Shown in pieces: positions 12,753 through 26,028 of a DNA stretch of 64,000 nucleotides (its first letter is position 1; each line of letters opens with the position of its first letter). The notes under the pieces are model-generated. The model did no database searches. It was not told where the DNA came from and saw only the letters and a list, made by a program, of their open reading frames with translations. Both the position numbers and the translations under genes were made by a program. The stretch is from Tubulanus polymorphus (taxonomy: Eukaryota > Animalia > Nemertea): positions 22,280,210-22,344,209 of the forward strand of contig NC_134030.1 in the NCBI RefSeq assembly GCF_964204645.1, read 5' to 3'.

Positions 12753-15700
12753 TTATGTATGAACTGTTTCTTCCTTTAAACTTGCCGCCTTCCCGGCTTC
12801 TATATTCATATAAGGAGTTGTATCTGTGTCCTTTCCGGCTTCCATATCCATATAAGGAGTTGTATCTTCGCCCTTTACGGCTGTCATATCCATATAAGGA
12901 GTTGTGTCTCTGCCCTTCTCGGCTGTCATATCCATATAAGGAGTTATGTCTCTGCCCTTCTCGGCTTCCATATCAATGTAAGAAGTTGAGTCTTCACCCT
13001 TCTCGCCTCTCATGGCTTTATGACTTTGCGTGTTATGTTGTAATCTAGTTTCAGCATTCCTCAAAAGTTTTCTTTTTGAAAAATTATCGGAATTTCTGTA
13101 ATCATCCGGGTCTTCGTAGATGTACAACTCGTCATTTCTTGATTCAAGCTGAAGAGGTCGAGTTGAAGTGTTCACATGACCTTCACCGGTTTCAAGCTGT
13201 TGCGGTTGTGTTGAAGTATCCACGTGACCTTCAACGGACGAACGTCGTCTGCATCTGAAATGTTTGATGTAGCAGTATAGGAATTATTGTGAAGGATGCA
13301 AATTTGTTATGATTATTATAATAATCATAAAAAATTGCATCCTTAACAATAATTCACAATCCAGCTAGAAATTAGGAATGTTAGTTTAGCCAAAATTTTG
13401 AAACTGTCAGAATAAGATGTTCTTTAACATAATCACTGGGGTATGGAGAAGCACACAGTGTATGTATGACGAGTTTTCCGGTCGACTAACCTGCGAATGA
13501 TGACAATGACGCAAATGATGACAACAGCGATGATAACGATCAAAATGAATCCAGTCGCTCCGCAGGCGAAGTAGAGAATGGTCCGATCAATTGTGGTCTG
13601 GTCGGTTGTGGTCTGGTCAGTTGTGCTTCGGTCTTTAATGGTCCGGTGATAGGGGTCTGATTTAGTCTGAAAGTTGTAAGAATAATGAAATAGAATTTTT
13701 GAATGACGTTTTATTCGAAAAGAAATCAATAATCAAACTTATAATTCGATTAAACTAATTCGTGTACACTTGACGAAATCCTACAATTTGGATTTTAAAT
13801 GATATAATTTATTATTCGAAAACCACAACGTTTCGGCTATTTTTGCCATATTGAAATTAATCATCAAATACCAATACAAGAATACAGTACATAGCAAACC
13901 GTCCAACTGACATTTTTGCTGTGTTGAATATGACAGGGCCGTAGGGCTACGAATTTTTGGCCGATCAAGATTATTTCTGAAGGCAGATTTCGGATGGCCG
14001 CTGTACATTACACAGATGACAACTTCGTCACAAGGGTCCAGCGACATTGTCGACGATGGCGCACGATTTTTTCAGCCGGTTTTGTATGTCAATACAATGT
14101 AGACTGACACGTTAAGTTAACTTGTTAGGTATTGTTTAAAAGTGACAAGCCTTCAATTAGAGTTCGGTAATTAGAGAGAGCATAAAACATTCTATAAAGG
14201 CCAGACGACTATTGTATGAATTGAATTAGTGAATTGTCTAGGAAGTAAATATTCACACAATGAGATTTAGATTAGATTTGCACACTTGCATAGAGGACAT
14301 TCGAAACTCGTAGCGAAAAAAATCTTGTTGGTCCAAACCAACCAGAAATTTTTGATTTTCGAATAAAAATGACAGATTTATTAATTGTATTTTTTTTCTC
14401 TCTAATTAAGGTGTCTATCTGATCTCATCGCCGCTAGACCATTTTACTCCTTTTGCTACGGACCTGAATAGTTTTACATAGTATTGGCGCGATATTTGAA
14501 ATATAAAAATACAACAGTCTATAATTATTATAATTTTTTCAGGTGCGGTGACCTGTACGGCCTCTAGGCTTTCACTGCCTCCTTCATTTAACTGTTATTT
14601 CTCTTCACTATTATCGTTATTATATCTTGTACTTTAAGTTAAATGAAAAATAAAATATTATTATAGTGTTAGTTGTGTTTGTTACGGGTTTCGACTGTTG
14701 GAATGACCAGAAATACATGTAACAAAACTCGCAGGATGAAAAACAGAAGCTATGTGTAAGAACTAAAGATCAAAAGACCAATAATAATCAATATATTATC
14801 ATATCAATAATGAATCCAGTTCCACAATCTGAATCCAGTTCCGCAGTTCTGAGTGGTTAATTTTACTCTTAGCTCCAGTTCAAGAGTTATGTGGTTTTAA
14901 TTTGACCAGGGAAGTTAGTTTCATTTCCCTGATTTGACCAAGGCTTGAGAGGCAGATTCTCACCTTCGGTAGATCAGTAGTTGAATGATCTGAAACGAGA
15001 AATAACTAACCGAATTAGAAAAAATCATGCTTCGATCTCATACCTAAAGCCTGGTTTTCACGAACGCTTCCACGCCCCGATCAGGAAAAAGCAACTCGGC
15101 TTGAAATTGAATGTGCCCTTTTGTTTAAAATCATTTGCCTCGCCTTAACAAAATGTGACCTTTTCTACTTTTCGGATCGATATAGCGACGACTGAATGTG
15201 CCCTGCTATTAAATGTATTAAATGTAATGATATTTCTAAAATAATTTACCCAGATATGATATTCTAATGGATAAAATATTTCTAGATAATAGAGAAAATA
15301 ACAATAAAGCCTAATAAATGATGGACAAATATTACAAGGCAATTCCGTTTTAGTTAACTGATATTTGATCCCTCGTAAACATCACAACCTGAAAAGTCAC
15401 TTTATTCGAAAGTAAATATGAGATGAATGATAAGCTGTTATCACTGTAAAGTTGTTGATTTAAAGAATGAGGAAGTTTGAGTAGTTGAGGTATCACTTCA
15501 CTGAATAGATTAAATTCGCCGACGGATTAATACGTCCGATAAGAGCGGGCACACGTAGCGATCAAACCGAAATTCGGTCAGCGACTGGCACTTAGTGGGA
15601 GAGAGTTAACGAATCACATGATATCAACAACGCATCCTATTTGTTGATAAAAATGGATCGCTCGGCGGAATTCGCCGAGTGCGGGCAGACGAGCGAATTT

Positions 15701-17023
15701 GCGGGCGATCCGACGGCGTAAATAATCGGGCGAAAATATCAAACATGTTTCATACGAGCGACACCAGATATTAGACATTTTATCAGTACACTTTTTAAAA
15801 ATTGATCGTCCACACTTCACACGTGTTCACTGCTTCATCTGAGACATTTTTAATTGAAAATGAACTACAAACACCAGATATTAGACATTTTATCAGTACA
15901 CTTTTTAAAAATTGATCGTCCACACTTCACACGTGTTCACTGCTTCATCTGAGACATTTTTAATTGAAAATAAACTACAAACACCAGATATTAGACATTT
16001 TATCAGTACACTTTCAAAAACTGATCGTCCACACTTCACATGTGTTCAGTGCTTCACATGAGACATTTTTAATTGAAAATAAACTACAAACACCAGATAT
16101 TAGACATTTTATCAGCACACTTTCAAAAACTGATCGTCCACACTTCACATGTGTTCAGTGCTTCACATGAGACATTTTTAATTGAAAATAAACTACAAAC
16201 ACCAGATATTAGACATTTTATCAGCACACTTTCAAAAACTGATCGTCCACACTTCACATGTGTTCAGTGCTTCACATGAGACATTTTTAATTGAAAATAA
16301 ACTACAAACACCAGATATTAGACATTTTATCAGCACACTTTCAAAAACTGATCGTCCACACTTCACATGTGTTCAGAACTTCATCTGAGACATTTTTATT
16401 GAAAATGAACTAAAACACAAGACACATTAACTATGCAGATAAATTATAGTTTTGTCTCGCTTTTTGATGAAATAATGGTTAAAAAATGAACTATTACTTA
16501 CCGGTTTCATGAACTACAATCATATGAAACTGACAAGGTTTCGGATATGTAGAGTTTTCCTTTACTAGACATCTAAATGAAGATCCATTGTGTAGGTTGA
16601 AATCTGCTTTGAATTTCAAATCAGCGTAAGCGCGTATTTTCTCTTCGACGTATCTGTGAGGTTGTATACCTCCAAGAACCGGGCCCCATGATTCAGAGTT
16701 TCGGCTCTTCTGTTGATATATCAATGTTGTGTTAGGTTCTGACTTTCCAACCGCTATGCTACAACTATAGTTTATCTCTTGTCCTTGGGTTATCTTGGCG
16801 GTTCGATGTGTACGAGTTGTGATATACCGATCGCCTGAAAAGAACGGATGTGTCGAAATGTCACATACAAGCGCAACACAAACAATACAAAAAAAATCAT
16901 TCATGATAATTTGAGTAACTTACTTTCATCTCTCTTCATTCGAGAAAATTCTGTACTGTGTATGTTTCCCAGTTGCAGTAAAATTACGACGCACATTAGT
17001 ACGAAACAGTTCTTCAACATCAT
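12753..17023 (-). CDS. Ig-receptor gene 2: type-I membrane protein (signal peptide, one Ig domain, stalk, TM, tyrosine-motif tail), 378 aa. Exons 17023-16924, 16834-16502, 14989-14964, 13666-13491, 13254-12753
   Basis: All introns are GT-AG; exon lengths 100+333+26+176+502 = 1137 nt keep the frame; signal MMLKNCFVLMCVVILLQLG; TM ILYFACGATGFILIVIIAVVIICVIVII; tail with YIDM, 3x YMDM and YMNI. Confidence 0.8.
15761..16415. repeat. 109-110-bp intronic tandem repeat, about 6 copies
   Basis: acaccagatattagacattt recurs at 15761, 15871, 15981, 16090, 16199 and 16308. Confidence 0.95.
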
Positions 17024-20000
17024 TCTCAGGATTCTGATATAAAACTCCCAGTAAAACTAGGCACGTTACCGAACTAGTTCCTTATCAATGGACAAAATGA
17101 TCATATCTAAATCAATCGAAGCCCGTATCTCGCTGTGTTGATTTTTATTTATACGGAAATAGATTTAAATAGTTATCGGTAAATAAACTGCACCTTATTT
17201 GATTAGTTGGGACAAAAGAAAATCATTTTTTACTCCAGGGGACGCAGGAAGTGTCCTTATTTCACAATAGTGAAAAGTTAATTCCCTAGATGTCTTGCAA
17301 TATGGTATTTTTGCTCAATGATAACTTCAATATCTAGCTTTAACTATGGATCTACCCCTGTGCGATACATGTTTATATCGACCGTACATTAATTACATTG
17401 AGAAAAGATTGAAATAAATCCTAAAACTGTTGGATTTCAAATTCAATATGGCGGAATCGGTCGACGCGTTTTCGCTCTAGCCCCTAAAATTTCCGTTCAA
17501 GTAAAACGGTGGCTACGTTTGAAATCGAAACACTTTCGAACTTTGGAATACTGTCGAAGGAACCGTTGGGCAGCATCTGAAGCCGTCAAAGTATTTTTAC
17601 CGAGGAAAACTGTACGCGAGTGTGATCGAACTTAAATAGTTGTTTAATACAAATCGGCTGAATTTAAAATAGTTTAACAACACTAAATATCACTGATAAT
17701 TGTTATACATATTTCATCTATATTTCGTATTTCTTTATCGTTTTATGTCTCCATCTTATTACTCATTGTCCTCTGAGACTGTTTGTCTGTGTCAGAATGT
17801 GTTAATTGTTGTTTGTCTCACTGTCACGTCACTCGTCACCTTTGTTTTTGTATCATTTTCCATGTCTCAACCTGTCTGAATCTGTGTTATATAAATAGCT
17901 ATGTGTAAAAATAAAGTAAGTCCCAGTTTTGGTATTCCAAACTGATAGTTCGCTCGTTACTCTTTCGCTCTGTTCCGGATTTCCGACGTCGACCATTCTT
18001 CGAGAATAGGACTGAATATAGCTTTGCTAAATTGGTGTTAGAACCGGCGGGCAAGTTTTACATTCAACTGCCCGTATAAGATCGTGGTACCACGCTCTCA
18101 ACAGCAAGTTTTTCCAATCACGATGAATATTCTACCACCGGCAGTCGTAGTAACTCTTCAAGAGGCTGGATACCACCAGGCACCTCAGAATTGGACTATT
18201 AATGCCGAGGAAGGATGTATCAAAGTTTCACTGACATGGACAGTCCAGTCATCGAAGCCTTCGAAAGCATTGAAATCGAAGTCTACTCTGAATCGGGACC
18301 GTAGACGTATGCAGGAATTCCTGAACCGAAGGATGCTGAAAACAGAAGTTCCGAAGTCAACGAAATCAGATAACGCTACCATGGACACAGCGGTCATGAC
18401 TGTCAACACGACTCATGAAATAGGAGCTCAGACAGTTGAGGACGTCATAACTACCGCCAACGAACGACGTAACAGTTAGACTAGCGAGGTCTGACTATCG
18501 CCGTGCCAAACGTGTGTACCTAAGCCTGCGCACTTGAAATAATCATTTTGAAATGAACCGTGCCTTCCGTAAACAAAAAAAAAACTATTAACAAATGGAA
18601 AAAACGTCCTGGTTTCATTGCTACTGTATTGAGTTACGATGTCATGACGTATAATCACGTGTACAAATCAGAATAAAAACGGTCGAGTATTGTCGGTAGC
18701 GGAGAACGGATGTTCGTTTGTTTTTGTTTCAATCTGAAGCTCGCTCTGGGTGGCATCACAACTATATTAGTTGAATTCTTCTTTTTTTAAAGTTAAGCAC
18801 AAATAGTTTTTTTAAGTTATAGAAAGATCTTCACACAGCATCGAGTTGCTTAACTAATTCTTATAATCCAAATGTAGTTAGATGATTTAAAGTTGATTCT
18901 CTATATAGTCAACCGAAACTTTCTCGGATACTCCTCGGAATCACGTGAAATAAGAGATAATTGACGCTGTTCGGCTGATTAGTATCCAATACTCCCTCGA
19001 GTATAGATCCTCGTGTCACTACCACCTGTTTTCTTTTCAATATTTGTCCAGGTTAACGCAGCAGGTGTCGATAGAATAATCTGAATCAGTTGATAAGTCC
19101 GAATCTTTTAGCTTAATCCAAACGCTTGAAGTTGAAATCTCCGTATGAGTTAATCGCAGAGTAATCAAGACGGATACAAGAATAAATGTCAGAAATTGAA
19201 AATCCTGTCGACAACGCCAATAGTGACCGAGACCAGAGTGGTCGGTTCGAATCGCTGGACGCCCAAACTGACTAAGACAAAATTCGTATTATCCGGTATC
19301 ACAATTTCACTTTCGGCATTTGATCGTTCAAGTCCGTGCCGCAGAATCTTAGGAAAGATATAATTTTACCTATGCGCTGATGAGCTACTAAAACAATTGG
19401 TTTCCTCGATAAAACTAGAAGAAAATAGTAGCAAGCGCAGGTACAAAAACCCTGAAATGAAAAATTAAATTTGATAAAGAGGCAAGGAAACTTAATTCCG
19501 CCTAGAGGGGGATATAGTTATTGTAAAAAACTACACGGGTTTCCTTCCACTAAATCATACACTCGACTGCATCAGGAGGGCTTACTGTAATTGCCGGAAC
19601 GGAACGAAATAAACCCTGCTGAGAACTGTCTTTATTGACTCGATCACACTAGTTACATCAGCAACAATCGTATAACATTCGCTTAAAAATAGCGATTCTT
19701 TGTTTGATAACTATTCTAAAGGTTATTGGCACAAATAGTGATTTTTTTATTATCTTGATATTTTCACTAATAACTCGTGTATCGGTTCAATATCGGGATG
19801 AACTGTCAAACTTGCGCGGATAGCAAATCGTAACCCTATGCGCTGAACGAATTATTAGAAATAGCTTGAAAATCCGAACGGCGTTTGACTGAGCAAATAA
19901 TGAATAATTCTATCAATTTAAAAGCTTTATTTATGGATAATTCTGATGCAAGCTAGTGTTGAATGATGTATGGAATTCGACTAAACAAAATATCTGTATT

Positions 20001-22768
20001 CTTCGCATGCCACAGTAGGATAGCTAGTCTGCGATAGATTCCAACCGTTCAGTGCTGCCCCTATGAATAACAATAGCGGAATTTCTGTGAACTAAAGTAC
20101 CCTAGGTGCATATTTACCGCCGGAAGATGAAATAACTGATGTACAGTTTAGATTTATGTTTGATTTGCTGCCAAGTTTAAAAGTCGAAATTTCGTGTTAG
20201 AAAAGAAAAATCTTACGGCCGCAAAACTGCTTTTCCAAAATATGTTGTCAGTAGTGGTTGCTATAATGCTGACCGTGAACTATATAATATTGTAAACGTG
20301 TCTGTATAAAATACAATCAGTTACAACCACTCCTTTACTACATGACAGTTCGTCTCGGGAAATGAGTAGGTTCGAACCCCACTTTTCTTTGTAATCCGCG
20401 TACTTTAAAGATGACAAGGTTCAGATCTGATTGATTCCGCTCGCATTCATCATTTTATTTTCGTATATCCTTCGAAACAAATTCATCCACAGAAAAGTAA
20501 GACAGATAACATTTAGAATCATAATTAACTGATTTTATTGAAAGTATAGCCTACTGATACAAACTATGTATATTGTCGATTTTGATGAAAGATCGAATGG
20601 AATCGTCACTCAAAATACTGCCTAAAACAGTCGAGACAAACACGTCTCATTCTGTTTGAATTCAACAAAAAAATAACTCGTTAAGACTTTCTCAAAGATT
20701 ATTTCATAACTTGTTGTTGTGGCAACAACTGGTAAGAATCAACCTACATCACTAAACGTCAGGTTTATGGCAGTCACAGCAGTCAGTGATAAATTACCCA
20801 AACATTAACTGAAATCGCTCATATATTATCGATTTATTACACTATAGATTTATCAATTTATTACATGTACTTGCGATATTTTTGGAGGACAATAAAAATT
20901 CTGGCACAAAATTTTTACTTCTTCATATTAGTTAAATATAATTTCATTATTTCATTAATGGTGTACAATTCAAATATTAGTATAACAGAATTATTTTCAT
21001 TCTAATTTTAACCTCCTGGAATTCAAAGCTTGAATTATATGATTCTTTTTTCTACCAAATCAATTCAAATTACTTGAGTTAGATCATAATTTGAAATTTA
21101 ACCTCTTAACACAAGAAATAAAATATAGATTCACCTAGATTGTATTGAAAATACCGATAAACAAACTAGTTTGACACAAAGCGTGTTATAAAACCACCCG
21201 GTCTAATATCCGTACTTCTCACTGGACGCCTTGATTTGCGTTGGCTAGTGTTTAGTAAACCTTGCTCATCCTTCAGGTCGGTGATATCCTGACTTTCCGC
21301 TCCCTACAAAAATAAGCGTTTGAAAACAGTTGAAGCTTCTCTGGGAATCAAATAAATTACCGTTTTGAAAAACGTGGTTGAAACGTGATTTAAACCTAGT
21401 CAAATAGTTGCGTTGTATCATTGATGAAGTGTTTCCTATATACCACAAACAGTTAAAATGTCTGCTCACCGAATTAATGTGAGCAGTTTCTGGATTATCT
21501 TTTCCACGGGAGTCATCTTCTATCGGACCGTGCACATTTAAACTGCAGTTTATACGCCCAGCATGACAGCAATCAGGTCCCGAAGAAGTGAGGAAGGTGT
21601 GAAGACAACTAATTTAGTATCCGTTGGTTTAGTCAGCACTGATTGACAGCAATCAGGTCCCGAGGAAGAAGAGCTGGATCCGAAATAAAAACGTAACGAT
21701 CACTATTAGAACTTTTAATCTTACTTGATACATGTAACACATTATAATCTGGTCATCGCCGATTTATTTCTGCACATTGTAATCTGTTATATCCAGTATT
21801 AAACGTCTATCCGGTCGGGTTGATTTCGTCAGCTCGTATTGGCGGCATCCAGATCCTGAGGAAGAAGAGAAAATCTGAAAAAAATGCAACAATCACCATC
21901 AGGATTTGACTCGATACAAGAACATTGTAGTCTGTGCAATACCTACAATGTACAGTGTAGTTCATTTCTAATGTGTTTAACCAATAGATGAGCAGTCTCT
22001 GTCCATCCCTGCAGACATTTGATATTTATTTTATCACCATTCTTCTCGGATCGTGATCATGCAGCAGTTTCACTTTCATATTCGGATAGCCTTTACTTCC
22101 AAAACTGGTCTGTAACAAGTACCTGAAATAAGACATTATCAGAGTGTTTGTAGCAGCGCTTTCTAGAAGAGAGGATATAACTAACACATGCAGTAGAAAT
22201 TAAAAACCTCAATAACTCACCTTCATCAAGCTACATCTTGTATTTAGTTGAACTTATTCACAAGAGGTTAGTATAGATATTTTGTCTTATTTTACGGGCG
22301 ATATGTTCAAACACCTCTATAGATGTGAAGATATACGTACCGGTTGTAAAACAGATCTATGATACAATCTACACCCAGTCCTGGCAGTGTGATTGTCTCC
22401 ACAGTGATCTGCGTCGCTCTAGGATCCCATCAAAACTGCAGTAACATCAGACACTCGCAGGTTCTTGGTGAATGGTACAGCGCCATGTTAAACAATAATG
22501 GCCGAACAACCAAGTGTCGCGTTTCATTGGGATCAGTAAACTTACATTACTCCAACTGTTATAATGCATCTTCGCTTTATAAACCTCTACTGCAATCAAT
22601 CCATTTTCCACTGCATAAAGTTTACAATAAAGATTTCAATCTAAACATCTGAATCCATGAAGTGATTTGAGAATTGAATACTGCATAAAATATATCAGTT
22701 TATATCCGATGCTGTTAGCTACATCGCGACCAGGGGTCGATTCTACTCCAGCTGTAGTTGACACAAGA

Positions 22769-23870
22769 AAATCTCTATAGATATATTCTTTTTATTTAAG
22801 CGAACAAAATAAGCACGTTACATTATTAGCAATTTCTAGAAATTTCTTTTAAAATTTTAGAATTTAAAAAAATTTCTCTTAGAATTTTAGAATTTCTAAA
22901 ATCACCTCAATTTCTGCTAATTTATATTGTAATTTAAATCACGAATAAAACATTATTATCATTATTATTAGTTAAACCGTAAACCAGTTACATTGCATTT
23001 AAAACAAAACACAGTTATACATTGTAAGATAAGTTTAAGTATATCCCGTTAATATTCAGTTACACTGTATTTCAGCTAACTATAATTCAGTTACATTGTA
23101 TTTCATCTAGACTATAATTCAGTTACACTGTATTTTATCTACGCAAATACAGTTACACTGTATTTCAGCTACACTATAATTCAGTTACAATGTATTTCAT
23201 CTAGACTATAATTCGGTTACACTGCATTTTATCTACACTAATACAGTTTCACTGTTTTTCAGCTACACTATAATTCAGTTACACTGTATTTCAGCTACAC
23301 TATAAATCAGTTACACAAATCTCTATAGATATATTCTTTTTATTTAAGCGAATAAAATAAGCACGTTACATTATTAGCAATTTCTAGTAATTTCTTTTAA
23401 AATTTAAGAATTAAAAAAAATTTCTTTTAGAATTTTAGAATTTCTAAAATCACCTCAATTTCTGCTAATTTATATTGTAATTTAAATCGCGAATAAAACA
23501 TTATCATCATTATTATTAGTTAAACCATAAACCAGTTACATTGCATTTAAAACAAAACACAGTTATACATTGTAAGATAAGTTTAAGTATATCCCGTTAA
23601 TATTCAGTTACACTGTATTTCAGCTATACTATAATTCGCTTACATTGTATTTTATCTACACTAATACAGTTTCACTGTTTTTCAGCTACACTATAATTCA
23701 GTTACACTGTATTTCAGCTACACTATAAATCAGTTACACTGTATTTTATCCACACTAATATAGTTTCACTGTATTTCAGCTACACTATAAATAAGTTACA
23801 CTGTATTTTATCTACACTAATATAGTTTCACTGTATTTCAGCTACACTATAAATCAGTTACACTGTATAT
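22769..23870. repeat. About 550-bp tandem duplication with internal AT-rich cagttacactgtattt subrepeats
   Basis: aaatctctatagatatattc block recurs at about 22769 and 23317. Confidence 0.85.
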
Positions 23871-24217
23871 TTCAGTAGTCAGTTTAGCACATTTCAGTAT
23901 TTGACTGATAAAAAATCATACAATAAAATCTGAACCTCCACAGTCTGAAGGACTGCGTAAAAACAGATTCGACGCGGAAAACGAATAATATACAATACGT
24001 TTAACATGATGATATAACAATCAATTGATTTATCAATAGAATAGAAATTAGATAGTGCAGAAATAACATTCAATTAAATAACAAAAATTAGAATGATTTT
24101 ATTTAAAAGCGCATTCATCTCCTTTCGATGAATTGCTTTTTCTTTTCGTACAAAATCTCTTGATTCAAAAAATCTTGATTCAAGCACAAAAAGATTAATA
24201 TACAGCATCAATCAGCA

Positions 24218-24422
24218 ATAGGGGTGGTAGGAGTTCGGGAGGTGTGGAAGGAGCGGAGAGAGGGTTGGTAGGGGTGGGAGCTGCGGGAGGTGTGGAAGGG
24301 GTGGAGAGAGGGTTGGTAGGGATGGGAGCTGTGGTACGGGTGGAGAGAGGGTTGGTAGGGGTGGGAGCTGTGGAAGGGGTGGAGAGAGGGTTGGTAGGGA
24401 TGGGGGGAGGGTTGCGAGGGGA
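24218..24422 (+). repeat. G-rich low-complexity repeat (ggagagagggttggtaggggtgggagctg)
   Basis: About 4 degenerate units with many GGG runs. Confidence 0.85.
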
Positions 24423-24899
24423 TAAATGATATTACATCAAACCATCACCGACAATATAGAAATTACATACAAACTCTAATATAAGATACGAATTATTTCA
24501 GAATATTTCCAATTTTTCCAAGTTATCATAATTCTTGATTATATAGGAAAAAATCAAATAAATTGTATTTGTCAACATCTCTGAGGTTATCGAATAATGA
24601 TATATAGATTATTATTACAGAGAGTTTTGTTTTTCTCGAAAGTGTCACAAAGAACCGCTAAGCTAAAATATCATCTTCATTAAACTAAATATACCTCATC
24701 TAACTCCAACAAATTAGAAATTGGCTCGACGTGAGCGAGTGCGAGTTAAGAAGGGAAAAATTCGGTTATAGAAATTCAAAGAAGTGATCCATGTTTTTGG
24801 TCCAGTTACTCAAAAGTCCGAGCTTGGAGTAATCATTTGAAATTATTACGTTTAAGTCCGGGGTGAGATTTATTTTAACGTTTAGCGTTCGTAATCGGG

Positions 24900-25840
24900 A
24901 AGGGCCGCCATCTGGAAACGTTTATTATCGTTAATCATCGAAACCTTCCTCCTCATCAATAGTGACTGCTTTTAAATGTTCATCTATTAAAGTCTTGAAA
25001 AGTTCACCGAGGCCACGGTTATACTTGTAACGATACAGCAGCCCTGCCACGAATCTCGGGTGAGCGTCTCATACGCGACGTTACAAATTTCTTTAAGCGC
25101 TTCCAAACTTTCGATATTGCGGAAACAATATTCCTCCGACAACTTTGCGTTTACTGATCAGAAAACATGTCAAATCGATGTAGATATCGGTGAGTTTTGA
25201 TGGTATCGTTATTTCTTACTCGTCCATATACCGAAAACGAAACATACTAAGGTTTTAGTAGATACCTCAAAATAAAGGTGGCGCTGCGTAATATTGTCGA
25301 ATATCTCAATTGTATCGCACTTAGGGGTTGTTCTGTTTATGATATCGATGACTTCTTCCTGTGAGAAGCCAAATATCGATACAACGGTGAATTTGGGATC
25401 AGTGACGATCATGCTGCCCCGGACTCACGTGTTGTTAAGACGATATGCGCTTTGCACAGGTTCTCGTGTACGATGTACGATGTATTTCTTCGCTTTATCG
25501 TTTTTCAACTCGTCGAAGCCGTCTAGAAAAAAATTCGCTTTCTCTGCATTTTCCCGTACGAATTCTTTAAAACTACCAATTGGCAGATTCTTTCCGATTT
25601 CTTGATTAAAAAGATTTTCGTAGATTTACGTATAAAATACAAGCGTTATCAGCGGGCAGTTCATTTAACGGTATATAGAATAACATAGGAAACCTATTCA
25701 GAAACGGTGATCGCTCCCATGACAACACTTGATTTATTATACCCTTCCAGACTAATCATCTGTTTTGTTTTACCAATACCGGGTCGACCTCCGAGACACA
25801 CACGGGCTGGTCATGAGAGAAAAGCTTCTCGAAATCATTA
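24900..25840 (-). pseudogene. NACHT-domain pseudogene, paralog of the adjacent NLR
   Basis: Near-identical blocks to 27440-28570 (GRPGIGKT, FFLDGFDELKNDKAKK, MIVTDPKFTVVSI) with frameshifts and internal deletions. Confidence 0.85.
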
Positions 25841-26028
25841 TAAAACCAAATTGATGAAGTCTGGCAGTTGATCCTGTTATTTCACCTCCGGTTATTTCTG
25901 GCTGTTTATACTATATTTGATGAAAACAGTTTAATATCAGTTCAGTTTCAGTTCTGTCTCTAGAGAAGCGACGTTGTATACAAAATGCGCGTTAGTCGAT
26001 TGAATCTTATAAATCGATGAATCTATAC

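Noticed and set aside
15964-16388. Three near-identical 68-aa ORFs
   Set aside because: Products of the 109-bp intronic tandem repeat.
18850-19205. Possible extra signal-peptide/Ig exon on the minus strand
   Set aside because: The hydrophobic start is followed by stops in every frame tried, and no consistent exon could be built.
24244-24429. Gly/Val-rich ORF
   Set aside because: Translation of a G-rich simple repeat.
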